Source of the DNA: Eledone cirrhosa
Taxonomy: Eukaryota
Direction: 5' to 3'
NCBI GenBank assembly: GCA_964016885.1
Contig: OZ024742.1
Location: 8,804,001 to 8,868,000 of the forward strand
Length of the DNA stretch: 64,000 nucleotides
In this document: positions 38,429 to 49,967 of the stretch, piece after piece
How positions within the stretch are numbered: the stretch's first letter is position 1
How the letters are laid out: each line of letters starts with the position of its first letter
Made by a program: the position numbers and the translations under genes
Notes under the pieces: generated by a model
What the model was told of the DNA's origin: nothing
Seen by the model: the letters and a program-made list of their open reading frames with translations, nothing else
The model's database searches: none

Positions 38429-41400
38429 CAGACGTGTGTAATTTCGCGGAGAAGTTTCCGTTAATTTATGTAAGAAAAAAAAGTGAGTTTTTAGTTAAAT
38501 GTTATATTATTGTGTAACTTGACCCCCCGCCTGGACCTTCAGGTGGTGGGTCAACTCATTTTCGACCCTACAGGGGCGAAATATCCTTTTGAAAACTTTT
38601 TTCTGCATCGAATCTTGGAAAAAATATTGTAAAAGTTTGATTACGTTATGAATGTTGCGTCCAACGATAATGGTGGTGAAGAGGCGGCAAGACTACAAAG
38701 CTCGCAGTCAACATCGTCTTCTTCCCCTTCCTTCTCAATAGATACTATAGAGATGGAAAGACGAAATGAAAATGCAAAAACAAATTCATATCCAAACAAC
38801 ACAAATGACACCAAAGAGTTCAATGACAACAAAAATAACAGCAACACCAATAATGAAGATAAAAACAACAATGATAACAACAACAAAGAAAAAAATAAAG
38901 ACAACACCAATAACACCAGCATCAAAGACAACAACAACACCAAGGAAAATACGAATAATATCAACATCGGTGACAACAAGAATAACAACAACAATAACAA
39001 CAATAATGACAACACCACCAACACGGATAATTCCCAAAGAAACCAAAATCTCCTTTGCACAGACAGTTAAAAAAAGGAGGACCTGATATATCTCGACATA
39101 ACAAATGCCGAACAACTTTTAAAGGACTCTAGGAGATATGTCACTTTCGAAAAAAATGGTGCTTTCAGCATCAGTTCTCCGGTAGAAATTCGCAAGGAAA
39201 CTGCTCTCAAAACGATAGTTTTTAGGACAGTTTCCAATTCTACCCGAAAACCAGTCCAATTGTCACAGAAAGAAATTGAACTGGTTTTCAAAAATTCAAT
39301 GAATGATATTGCATTCATTCAAAGAAGCAAACTTTTTGGGAGTATTTCGGTACTCATGAAGGATCAATTGACGGCCCAAAATTACTCTGTGTCGCCAATT
39401 GTATCCAACCTGTACACGTTTTTCCCTACATACATGGGAAAAAGAACACAAAAGATCAAAATCACGTGTGTCACACCAAAGGTGAACATATGGTGGATAC
39501 TGTGCGGCTTCATCAATTTTGATGAAGACAGAATACTGTCAGTAGGAAAGTCCCCCAGAGATGTATTCAATGGGACTAGCATTGAAGTTCTGGTGCAAAT
39601 GAGCCCAGAGCGAATAGCTATGATCCCACAACGTGTACTCCTGGACGGACTCACCTACATAAACTTTTCGGTTCAGGGTAGGCGGCCTTCATGTTACCAT
39701 TGCTTTGGCAGGGGTTACCTGAGGGCTTCCTGTCCTAAATTAATGAATAAAAAATAGGCTCTTCTGCCGACACCCATCAAAACAACACAACCACCAACAC
39801 CACCACAACAACAACAACACCAACACACAAAAATAACCACAACAAACACAGTCCCACCCAACCCCACTCCACCTAAAACCACTGCAAAATCACATACAGA
39901 CACAACAGCTCCCCAAGACATACCCCTCCCCAATCACACAGACGATACAACAGATGAGGCTATCTCGCCATCACCCAGTGAAGACGAGGGAGAACCTCAA
40001 CGCTCGAAAAGAAAGAAAAGACATCACAAAAGCAAAAAAACCAGCAAACACTACCACAAACATACAACCACCAACACAACAAACAAAAATATCATAAACA
40101 AAACCCCCACCTCCTGAAAACAAAATACCTACAACAAAACGAAAGCACACACAAGAACTACAGACAAAAACAAACACAACACAAGAAAATTACACTTACA
40201 CTTACATAAACACTGAAAACAAAACACTAATGGAGACCATCACGAACGACCCTTCGGTGGAAACCGAAGGGAAAACTTTCGCCCACTCTATTAAAAATAT
40301 CAAAAAACTGAACCTAAAACTGATTAGGGGCCCTATACAAACTTATAGGTCCCTAAAAGAAGCATTTGAGAAGGATGTGGGGAATTCCTGCGTGAAACCA
40401 CTTAACCGCGTCCTTCTCAAATGTCTCCCCACCCCAGACACCCCCATCCCACCAGACCCCACCCCACCAAACATCTCCGTCCCCACACCGCCGGAAACCG
40501 CCACCCATCCAGACAACCCCTCCAACACCCCCATGGAAATCGTGCGGCCTGGTCCCCAGGAGACGAAGGGTGAGTGATCTCTTTTCCTCTTTTAACTTTT
40601 CAGCACCAACATGGCCAATATAAGAGTTGGATGTGTGAACGTACGCGGCCTGGGGATGCCCTGGAAACAGGGCAAACTCTTAAACGACCTCAGGTCACAC
40701 AGTATGGATGTGGTAGCCATTTGCGAGTCCAGGATCCACAGCGAGCGACAGCTGGCCCACATCTTCGATGACTTTGAGATCTACGCATCTCTCTGTCAAC
40801 CGGGGGGGGGGGGGGGGAGTTGCCGTTTTGCTGCGGAAACACCTGGGCCTCGTAACACAGACGGTACATCTGGACCCGGAGGGTCGACTGGTGGTCCTAG
40901 ACGTTGACGATAGTGAAGGTGGAGCCTTCAGGCTGGTGGCCGCATATGCCCCATCCGTGATACCGCGGCCAGACTTCTTCAAACGTCTAGAGACTTTTCT
41001 GGGAACGTCCCGCTCCTTGCTTTTAGTGGGGGACTGGAATGGAATCCTAGATGCACGTTGGGACTATGTGGGAGCATGTCCCGATAACAGCCTCAAACAG
41101 TTAATCGACCGATTTGACCTGGCCGATAGATATCGACTAAATTTTCCGACTGCGCCACTGTGGACGTGGAGTAATCGTAGCGGAACATCTAGATCGTACC
41201 TAGATAGGGTTCTAGTTAGAAATAAGGATAGGGACATGTTAAGCTGTCCACAAATGTTCATGGTTGCCTATTCAGATCACAAACTAGTGAACTGCATGGC
41301 CAACCTTCATAGAACCCATAGATAAGGACCCGGCAACTGGAAGCTGAACTTGTCGTTACCGACAAGCAAAGCCTTCAGTAGACGGATTAGCACTTTAGTT

Positions 41401-44243
41401 AAACAGCACTTGACAGGGGCCATTGTCAACAACAGATGGTGGTACTCTCTCAAGAGGGCAGGTAGTTTAGACTCGATAGTTTTTAGTAAAGAATAAGCGT
41501 TAGATAGAAATAGAACCGAGAAGGAACTGGTAGATAAAGTAGAAGAGGCAATTAGAGGTGACAATGTAGCCAGCGTGGTAGCAACAAGAACGGCCTTGGA
41601 TCAGTTCTTCGACGCAAAGCACGAGTGCTGCGTTGTCAGAAGCAAAATACGTGCTCTGGGAAACGAGGGAGCCAATGCTGTTAGCTGGGCCCGAGTGACG
41701 GAGGCAAAATGTGGCAACAAGTGCACGATTCGGTCTTTGAAGGACCAAAACGGACGCATGATACGTGAGCCGAAGCAGATGTGTGCGGCCTTTCAGCGGC
41801 TCTTTGCTCAACTGTTCGGGAGGGGCAGCGCGCCGGGAGGGGCTATGGAATTTGGTCCATACCTCAACGGCCTACCGCGACTCTCGGACAGCGAGGCAAA
41901 GTTCTGCGAAAAGCCGATTTCAGCCGCTGAGATAGGGGACGCGCTGAGCCAATGCGGCAAACGCAAATCTCCAGGTCTCGACGGTCTACCCTACGAATCT
42001 TACGTAGCAATGCCGGACTTATTCTCCGGTCTCCTGGAAGCGGTCTACTGCAACTGGCAACAAGGAAGGGAGAATACCCAGTTCTGTAACCGGGGGCGTG
42101 GTCACACTAATCAGGAAGGACGAGAATAAGGGGGATGACATAGGCAACTTCCGGCCCATAACTCTGCTAAACACAGAGTTACAGATTTTGGCCAAGGTGT
42201 TGGCAGAGAGGCTGGCGCTTGTCTTCGAGAACCTGGTGGGAGAAGCGCAGACATGCGCAATCCCGACGAGGTCCATACATGACAACCTCCACCTCATGCG
42301 ATACATCATAGTGAGGGTAGGGAGTAAACCCGGCTTCGGTGGGGCCCTGATCAACTTGGATCAGTCTAAGGCTTTCGAAAGGGTTGACCATCGTTACCTG
42401 GACGCGGTGCTCGAGGCGGCAGGCTTTGGACCCGTGTTCAGGGGCTGTATTGCTGCAATGCACAACAGCAACATCTGCTCAAGGGTCAAGGTGAACGGCT
42501 GCCTCTCGGAGTCGTTCCATATTACGCGATCCATTCGACAGGGATGCCCTCTCTCCTCCCTTCTGTACGTACTGACTCTCGAGCCACTACTGCGGAAGTT
42601 GGAGCTATTGCAGGGCATCCCTCTGGAACCGGGACTGCGGAAAGCGGCGTCGGCCTACGCCGACGACGTGACAGTAATGGTGTCGTGCGCCTCGCAAATC
42701 GAGGAAGTCGGCACCTTACTGAAGGAATACGAAAGTTTCACAGGAGCGAAGCTGAACCGGGACAAGTCCATCGGTTTGCAACTCGGATCGTGGAGAGGAA
42801 ACCGATGCCTTCCGATGGCGTCGTTGGACGCTGGACGGAAGGACCGGTAAAGCTGCTCGGGGTCTGGTTTGGTCCTGACCTCCAGGTGGAGAAGACCTAG
42901 AACGAAGTGACGGCCAAGGTGTTTGCACTCACCCAGAAGTGGGCCGAGTGCAAACTATCCTTGAAAGGTCGAGCGGAGGTGGCGAACACTTTTATAGCGT
43001 CCGCCATCTACTACCGCTTGACCATCGTGCCTTGTCCAGCCAAAACGCTCACCACCTTTGGAAGAGGCGGGCTCCTTTGGTGAGAAGATCCATCTGTTGC
43101 CAACACCCTTCTAACGGAGGGCTGGGTATGCCGTGGTTGACGATGCGCAAACACGCGTTCAGGCTGCGGCATCTCTACGTATTCCTCACCGGACAACCGG
43201 TGTCGGCCCCGTTCGTGAGGCGAGCCTTCCCACGACTCGTCTCGCTGACCGAGCTGCAGTCCTGGGTCAAGCAAAGACCGAGGAAAATAGGCGACTGACA
43301 CATCGAATGTGCTCAGGCGCTCACAGCCCTCTGCCAGGCGGACCCGGCGATCAGTGGAGACTCCACTTCGTCATTCTATAGAGGGTTGATCCGCAGCAAG
43401 TGCGACGACGCGCTCGGTGAAACTCTAGGCGTAGAGGAAGATGAACTGGCCAGTCTGTTCTGTAGGACCTACCGCCCAGGACCGATGGACAACTTCCAAA
43501 ATCCCTGGCAGTGCTAGCGAGGAGCTCTACCAGTTCGAGACAGGCTCTACAGACATGGGCGTCCGGGCAGGGACCCTGCAAAAAAAATCTGTCCGAGGTG
43601 CGTGCGAGACGAAGAAACCGTCGCGTACGCATTCATATACTGCCCGGGCGTCACTGATCTGTGGGGCTATGTAGAACGACTATTGTCGCAGGTGGGACCA
43701 ATCCGGTTGACCACCGAGTCCATTGTCATGGTCAAACCGCCACCCTCCTTCAAAAACGAAGGAGAGGCGGTTTTCCTTTGTGTGATAGCTATGGCGAAAG
43801 AGGTTGTATGGTGGACAAGGTTGAAAGGGCTGAGGTCAGACACCTTTCTCTCCGGCCAACAACTGATTCTTTTTTTCAAATACCACTTTGGAAGAAGAAT
43901 CAGGATGGAGAGAGAGGTGCTGTACCCCAGCAAGTTTTATGAAAGGTGGGTGAAAGTGGCGAGAATGGCCCGAGTGAATGGGCCTTCTCTCTATGTCAGC
44001 CTGTAGGTTGAGGAAAAGGAGGAGGAGAGGAAAGGAGTACAAGCTCTTCGTACTCCTGGGGATGAGGGTTGCACATTTTTTTTCGGGGGTATGTGTTACC
44101 CATATAAACTGTCTCCCTCTATTGGGGAAAATCGACTAACTTTTAAATTCCATCTGTGATAACATTTTACACGTTTTTATTGTATGTAAACTTCCCCCTT
44201 TGTATTTGTCCCCTTCTTTTGTGCCCCTGTTGCTAATAAAGAA
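38429..44243 (+). mobile_element. Tx1 copy 4 (subfamily B), full length, defective
   Basis: 5'UTR, ORF1 38648-40577 (broken; knuckle CYHCFGRGYLRASC), ORF2 40611-44006 (MANIRVGCVNVRGLG, YADDV; broken), AATAAA near 44235, then TATATCTATCTATC. Confidence 0.93.
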
Positions 44244-44744
44244 ATATATCTATCTATCTACCAATCAATCCCAATTTATCATCACATCCTTCAGAAGTAT
44301 TAAACACTTGCATGACAAGAATAAAAAATGGGGTGGGTGGGGGTGATAGCGGGGTGAGAGAGAGAGGCGAGGGTAAAAATAAAAAGACGAAATGTATTTA
44401 ACACAGTTGAATGACTTCACGAAGTGTTGTGTGTTATACTAGGTTTATCAGTTGAAGTTTAGCTGGCAGCTAATCTTCCGTGTTGTCCGTTGACGTAGCG
44501 TGGCAATATTAAACTGATGTGATTAGTGGACAAGACAAGAGAAACGATAGAAAGAAGAGAAGAAGTAGAGATGATACAAGGAGGAGATCTGAGGGAATAA
44601 GGCGGGACTGGCAGCAGAATATGATGCCTTCCAAACTGTGACTGGATAACAGAAAGACAGTTTGTTTGATGAATCATTTCAGGATATGGTCAGTAGTAGC
44701 GAAAATAATTGAAGGAAAGGATGCACACGTCCTTAGAAAATCCT

Positions 44745-44776
<32 letters not shown>

Positions 44777-44884
44777 CTATAAAATAATAATAAGAATAAT
44801 TTCTTTTTATTTTCCCCAAGGATCCAAAACATTTAGGTCGATACAAAGACAAAATAATAGTAAAACTAATAATTATATGAATAA

Positions 44885-45068
44885 TAATTGTTTCTACTTT
44901 TGGTACAAGGCCAGCAATTACCCAGTACATTATTGGCACTTTATTTTATCGACCCCGTAGGGATGAAAGGCAATGTTAACAGCGGGATTTGAACTCAGAA
45001 TGACAAGGGCCATAACTCTATGCGTCAAAGCATGTTGCCCAAACCTTACCGATGCTGCCAATCCACCG
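44885..45068 (-). mobile_element. tRNA-derived SINE
   Basis: Homologous over its length to 13087-13273. Confidence 0.88.
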
Positions 45069-45246
45069 GCAGTATCGCTAGAGGGTCTGACGTCATGCTT
45101 TGCACCAAAGAGTTACGCCCCTGTATGATTTGAGTTCAAATCACGCCGAGGTTAACTTTGCCTTTCATCCTTACGGGGTCGATAAATTAAAGTACCAGTA
45201 ATGTACTGGATAATTGCTGGCCTTGGGCCAAAAGTAGAAACAATTA
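45068..45246 (+). mobile_element. tRNA-derived SINE, head-to-head with the previous copy
   Basis: GGCAGTATCG...GAGTTCAAATCAC...CCTTTCATCCTTACGGGGTCGATAAA...AGAAACAATT. Confidence 0.88.
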
Positions 45247-45269
45247 TATAAATAATAATATACTGGAGT

Positions 45270-46111
45270 TAATGATGATGGTGGTGGCGGTAGGATGGTG
45301 AGGATGATGATGACGATGGTGATGATGATATTGGTAATGGTCATGATGATGATGGTGAAGTTGATGATGATGATGGTAATAGTGAGGATATTGACGGTAA
45401 CGGTGATGATACTGATGATGGTGGTATTGATGATGATTATAATGATGATGATGAAACACAAGTATTCTACTTGAAGGTTTACATGCAGTTGAGGAAGGAA
45501 GGGAAATAAGGACAATAAAATAAAATGGACAACAAAAACAAACAAAACATTCCCTCCCTTCCCCCCACTTCATCTCACCCTACCCACCACACCCTCTTCA
45601 TCTCACCCTACCCCAACACACCCACCTCACCCCACCCCACCACACCCACCTCATCTCACCCTACCCCACCACACCCACTTCATCTCACCCTACCCCACCA
45701 CACCCACTTCATCTCACCCTACCCCACCACACCCACCTCACCCCACTCCGCAGAAATCCCTCACAAATCCCCAAAGATAGAAATTAAAGGGAAAAGGGAT
45801 GAGAGCGGGGAGTAAATAAATGAGAGAGAAAGAGAGAGGGGGAGAGGGTGAAATAAAAAAGATAAGGGGTTGATAAAGAGAGGTAAAGGGGAGGAAGGGG
45901 AGGTATAAATAAATAAATAAAATGTGGTAAGACGTGAGATATAATTTATGAAAGAAAGGTGAGAGGGACATTTGAGATGGTAAGGGAGGAGGGGGAGGAG
46001 GAGAAAGGGAAAGAAGGAGAGGGTGGTAGTAGAAGGGGGAAGGGGAGAAGAAGCAGAAGAAGTAGAGGAGAAGGAAAAGAACAGGAGGATGAAGGGTAGT
46101 AGTAGTAGTAT

Positions 46112-46168
<57 letters not shown>

Positions 46169-46203
46169 TAGTAGTAGTAGTAGTAGTAGTAGTATCAGTA
46201 GTG

Positions 46204-46237
<34 letters not shown>

Positions 46238-46265
46238 CAGCAGTAGTAGTAGTAGTAGAAGTAGC

Positions 46266-46300
<35 letters not shown>

Positions 46301-46336
46301 AAGTAGTAATAGTAGTAGTAGTAGTAGTAGCAGTAT

Positions 46337-46390
<54 letters not shown>

Positions 46391-46395
46391 AAATG

Positions 46396-46443
<48 letters not shown>

Positions 46444-46454
46444 ATAGCAGCAGC

Positions 46455-46513
<59 letters not shown>

Positions 46514-46575
46514 TAGTAGTAGTGGTAGTAGTAGTAGTAGTAGTGGTAGTAGTAGTAGTGGTAGTAGTAGTGGTA
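45270..46575. repeat. Low-complexity zone: (GAT)n, C-rich short repeat, purine tract, ~480 bp (GTA)n at 46096-46575
   Basis: Directly visible. Confidence 0.9.
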
Positions 46576-46671
46576 ATAGGAAAATATTTTATTTTAATTT
46601 TCCCAGAGAAAAAAGTTAATAAACGGAAGTGGTGTACATATTCAATATATAGAGGGACTGGACAACATAAT

Positions 46672-47570
46672 GGAAACACCATAGCATCATAGCAGGAAAC
46701 ACCTAGCACCATAGCAGGAAACACCTAGCACCATAGCAGGAAACACCATAGCATCATAGCAGGAAACACCTAGCATCATAGCAGGAAACACCATAGCATC
46801 ATAGCAGGAAACACCTAGCACCATAGCAGGAGACACCATAGCATCATAGCAGGAAACACCTAGCACCATAGCAGGAGACACCTAGCATCATAGCAGGAAA
46901 CACCATAGCATCATAGCAGGAGACACCTAGCATCATAGCAGGAAACACCTAGCATCATAGCAGGAAACACCATAGTATCATAGCAGGAAACACCATAGCA
47001 TCATAGCAGGAAACACCTAGCACCATAGCAGGAAACACCATAGCATCATAGCAGGAGACACCTAGCATCATAGCAGGAAACACCATAGTATCATAGCAGG
47101 AAACACCATAGCATCATAGCAGGAAACACCTAGCACCATAGCAGGAAACACCATAGCATCATAGCAGGAGACACCTAGCATCATAGCAGGAAACACCATA
47201 GTATCATAGCAGGAAACACCATAGCATCATAGCAGGAAACACCTAGCATCATAGCAGGAAACACCATAGTATCATAGCAGGAAACACCTAGCATCATAGC
47301 AGGAATCACCATAGCATCATAGCAAGAAACACCTAGAATCATAGCAGGAAACACCTAGCATCATAGCAGGAAACACCATAGCACCATAGCAGGAAACACC
47401 TAGCATCATAGCAGGAATCGCCATAGCATCATAGCAGGAAACACCTAGAATCATAGCAGGAAACAGCTAGCATCATAGCAGGAAACACCATAGCATCCTA
47501 GCAGGAAACACCCAGCATCATAGCAGGAAACACCATAGTATCATAGCAGGAAACACCTAGCATCATAGCA
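46672..47570. repeat. 22/23-bp minisatellite
   Basis: Unit ATAGCAGGAAACACC(A)TAGCATC, about 40 copies. Confidence 0.97.
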
Positions 47571-47667
47571 TCATCATTTTGAAATCTCTATAAAACCGTC
47601 AAAAGCTTGTTTATTTTTATGTTTTTTGATTTATTATTAGTAGTGTTGCTAATATTTATATATATGT

Positions 47668-47958
47668 ATAGGAACAAGTATGACCCCGACGGCAGAGCTC
47701 AAGCCGGTTCGATGGCTAATTCTGGACTAAAAAAGAATGTTTAGCCTGGTAAATAAATAGCCGAACAATCAGGGGGTAATTCCTTATATGGGAAGATAAT
47801 AATTGTCAAAAGGATTGGTCAAAAATGTGTTGTAAAGACAGATGATTGTATCATGGCATTTGGTGGGAGGTAGGGGTAGCTGAACTTGCCGGTATTTAGT
47901 CCAGAATTAGTCGTCGAAACAGCTTGAGCTCTGCAGTCGGGGTCATACTTGTTCCTAT
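47668..47958. repeat. Inverted repeat with ~64-bp arms
   Basis: ATAGGAACAAGTATGACCCCGAC...CTGGACTAAA is mirrored at 47895-47958; a related copy is at 56478-56542. Confidence 0.8.
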
Positions 47959-48034
47959 TACCCACTCTACTACCCTAAGTATTGAGTACTTTGGTGCGTT
48001 ATGGTCCATCTGGTTCCTTACCACATTGCCTTCG

Positions 48035-48114
<80 letters not shown>

Positions 48115-48144
48115 GACGTAAAAAAAGAAAATTATAAAAATTAA

Positions 48145-48238
<94 letters not shown>

Positions 48239-48246
48239 CATATCTA

Positions 48247-48301
<55 letters not shown>

Positions 48302-48302
<1 letters not shown>

Positions 48303-49787
48303 GGAAAATTTGAACGGGAACAAAACAGAGAGGCAGTACAACGAATGTTTATTAATTTCACGCTCTTGAGAGTGCGGTGGTGGTGGGGAACGACGTTTCG
48401 GGCATAAGCCCTTCTTCAGGTGAAAAGTGTGTGGGAAGAGAGTTCAAAGGGTGTGTAGGGGAGTGGTGGAGAGACATATAGCGAAAAGGGGTGGGAGGAA
48501 CCGGTGCGAATGAAATTAAAAATAAAAGCATGATCAAAATAAAATAAAATTAAAATGGGGTAAAACTGGTGGTGGAAGGGTGTGGGGTGTGTAGGGGTGG
48601 TGTCGGGTGGAGTGGGGAGAGGGGGTGTCCGAGCGGGGAGGGCTGAAGGTGGTGTGTGTGTGTAGGTGTACGTGTGTGTGTGTGTATGTGAAAGCAAGGG
48701 TTGGGGGAAGAACGGGGTTGCATGTTCAGGAAGAGGTGTGTGTGGGGTGGGGTGTAGGTCGGAGTGTGTGTGCGTGTGTAGATAGAGGGGTGGAGGGAGA
48801 GGAATCCGGAGGCTGAATGTGTAAATATGTGGTGGAAAGCACGTTTGTGTGGGGTTTAAGCGTGTTGTGGGTGTTGGTGGCGTGTGGGAAAAAAAGTTTT
48901 TTGGGTGTGTGTGTGGGTGAGTTATAAAGTTGATTCCGTAAGAAGATGTGGTTGAATGATTGGTAAACTCCTAGGATGGTAGTTGATTCCGTGGTCAAGG
49001 TCCACATACGAGTAATCCATGAAGAGATGGTCGGAAGAGGAGAGATGTGGGGTGCGCGCGCAACAGGAAGTGGTCAAGGCAGTAGGAGTGCTGTGTGTCT
49101 GTGTGTGCTGGGAGGTGGTCAGAGGGCATAGCAGCAGTAGGGTGTTATGTTAAAGGGGCGAGGATGTGTAGGTGTGAAAGTTGGAGTGAGGAGGGTTTGT
49201 GTGTATTAGTAGATGTGTTAGTGGGATGATTGAGTGTTTGAGAAAGGGTGTGGGTGGAGCGGGGAGAGAAGGGTGTGGGGGTCGATGGAGTGAGTGTGGT
49301 GTACTGGTGTGTGTGTAGTTTGATGAAGGGGGTGTTAGTGGGTGTTAGTATACGGGAGGTGGAGAAAGGGTTGAAAGCGGGTGTGAGTGGGGGTTAGTGG
49401 TGGTAGGGTGTGTAGAGTTGGTGGTGTACGAGGGTGTGGTGTACGTGTGCGTGGGGTTGGGGGGTGTTAGTGATGTTACTTGCGTGTGGAGTGGGTGGTG
49501 TAAGTCGGTGCGTGTGATCGTGTGCTTGGGGTCAGGGGGTGTTAGTGATGTTGGTTGCGGGGTGGAGGGATGGATGCGTGGGGGGTTGAGGGTTAGTGGT
49601 GGTAGTAGGGTGTATGTTTAGTGTGAGCGCGTGTATATATGTAGCGGTGGGTGGGTGCGTGTGATAAGGATGGGGGAGGAGAATAAGGGAGGGATGTTAG
49701 TATGTTAGTTGGGGAAGGGTGGTCGGATGTGGGGTGAGGTAGAGGCGCTAGTGTTGTTAGTTGTGGGGTGGGTGGTGAAAAGGAGGG

Positions 49788-49790
<3 letters not shown>
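48302..49790 (-). mobile_element. Interspersed repeat between (TA)n tracts, possibly Penelope-like, with hammerhead-like core
   Basis: 48302-49045 is the diverged reverse complement of 55070-55820; minus strand contains CTGAAGA-A-GGGCTTATGCCC-GAAACGTC at ~48392-48419. Confidence 0.6.
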
Positions 49791-49848
<58 letters not shown>

Positions 49849-49967
49849 TATGTATATATGGATATCAATATATATATATATATATATATAATATAACTGA
49901 ACGAAAAAGAAAGACGAACACAGATATATTCATATATGTGTTTAAATCGTAACTCATAAGGGACCAG

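Noticed and set aside
45738-46724. Poly-Thr/Ser/Val mucin-like ORFs
   Set aside because: Translations of the (GTA)n microsatellite.
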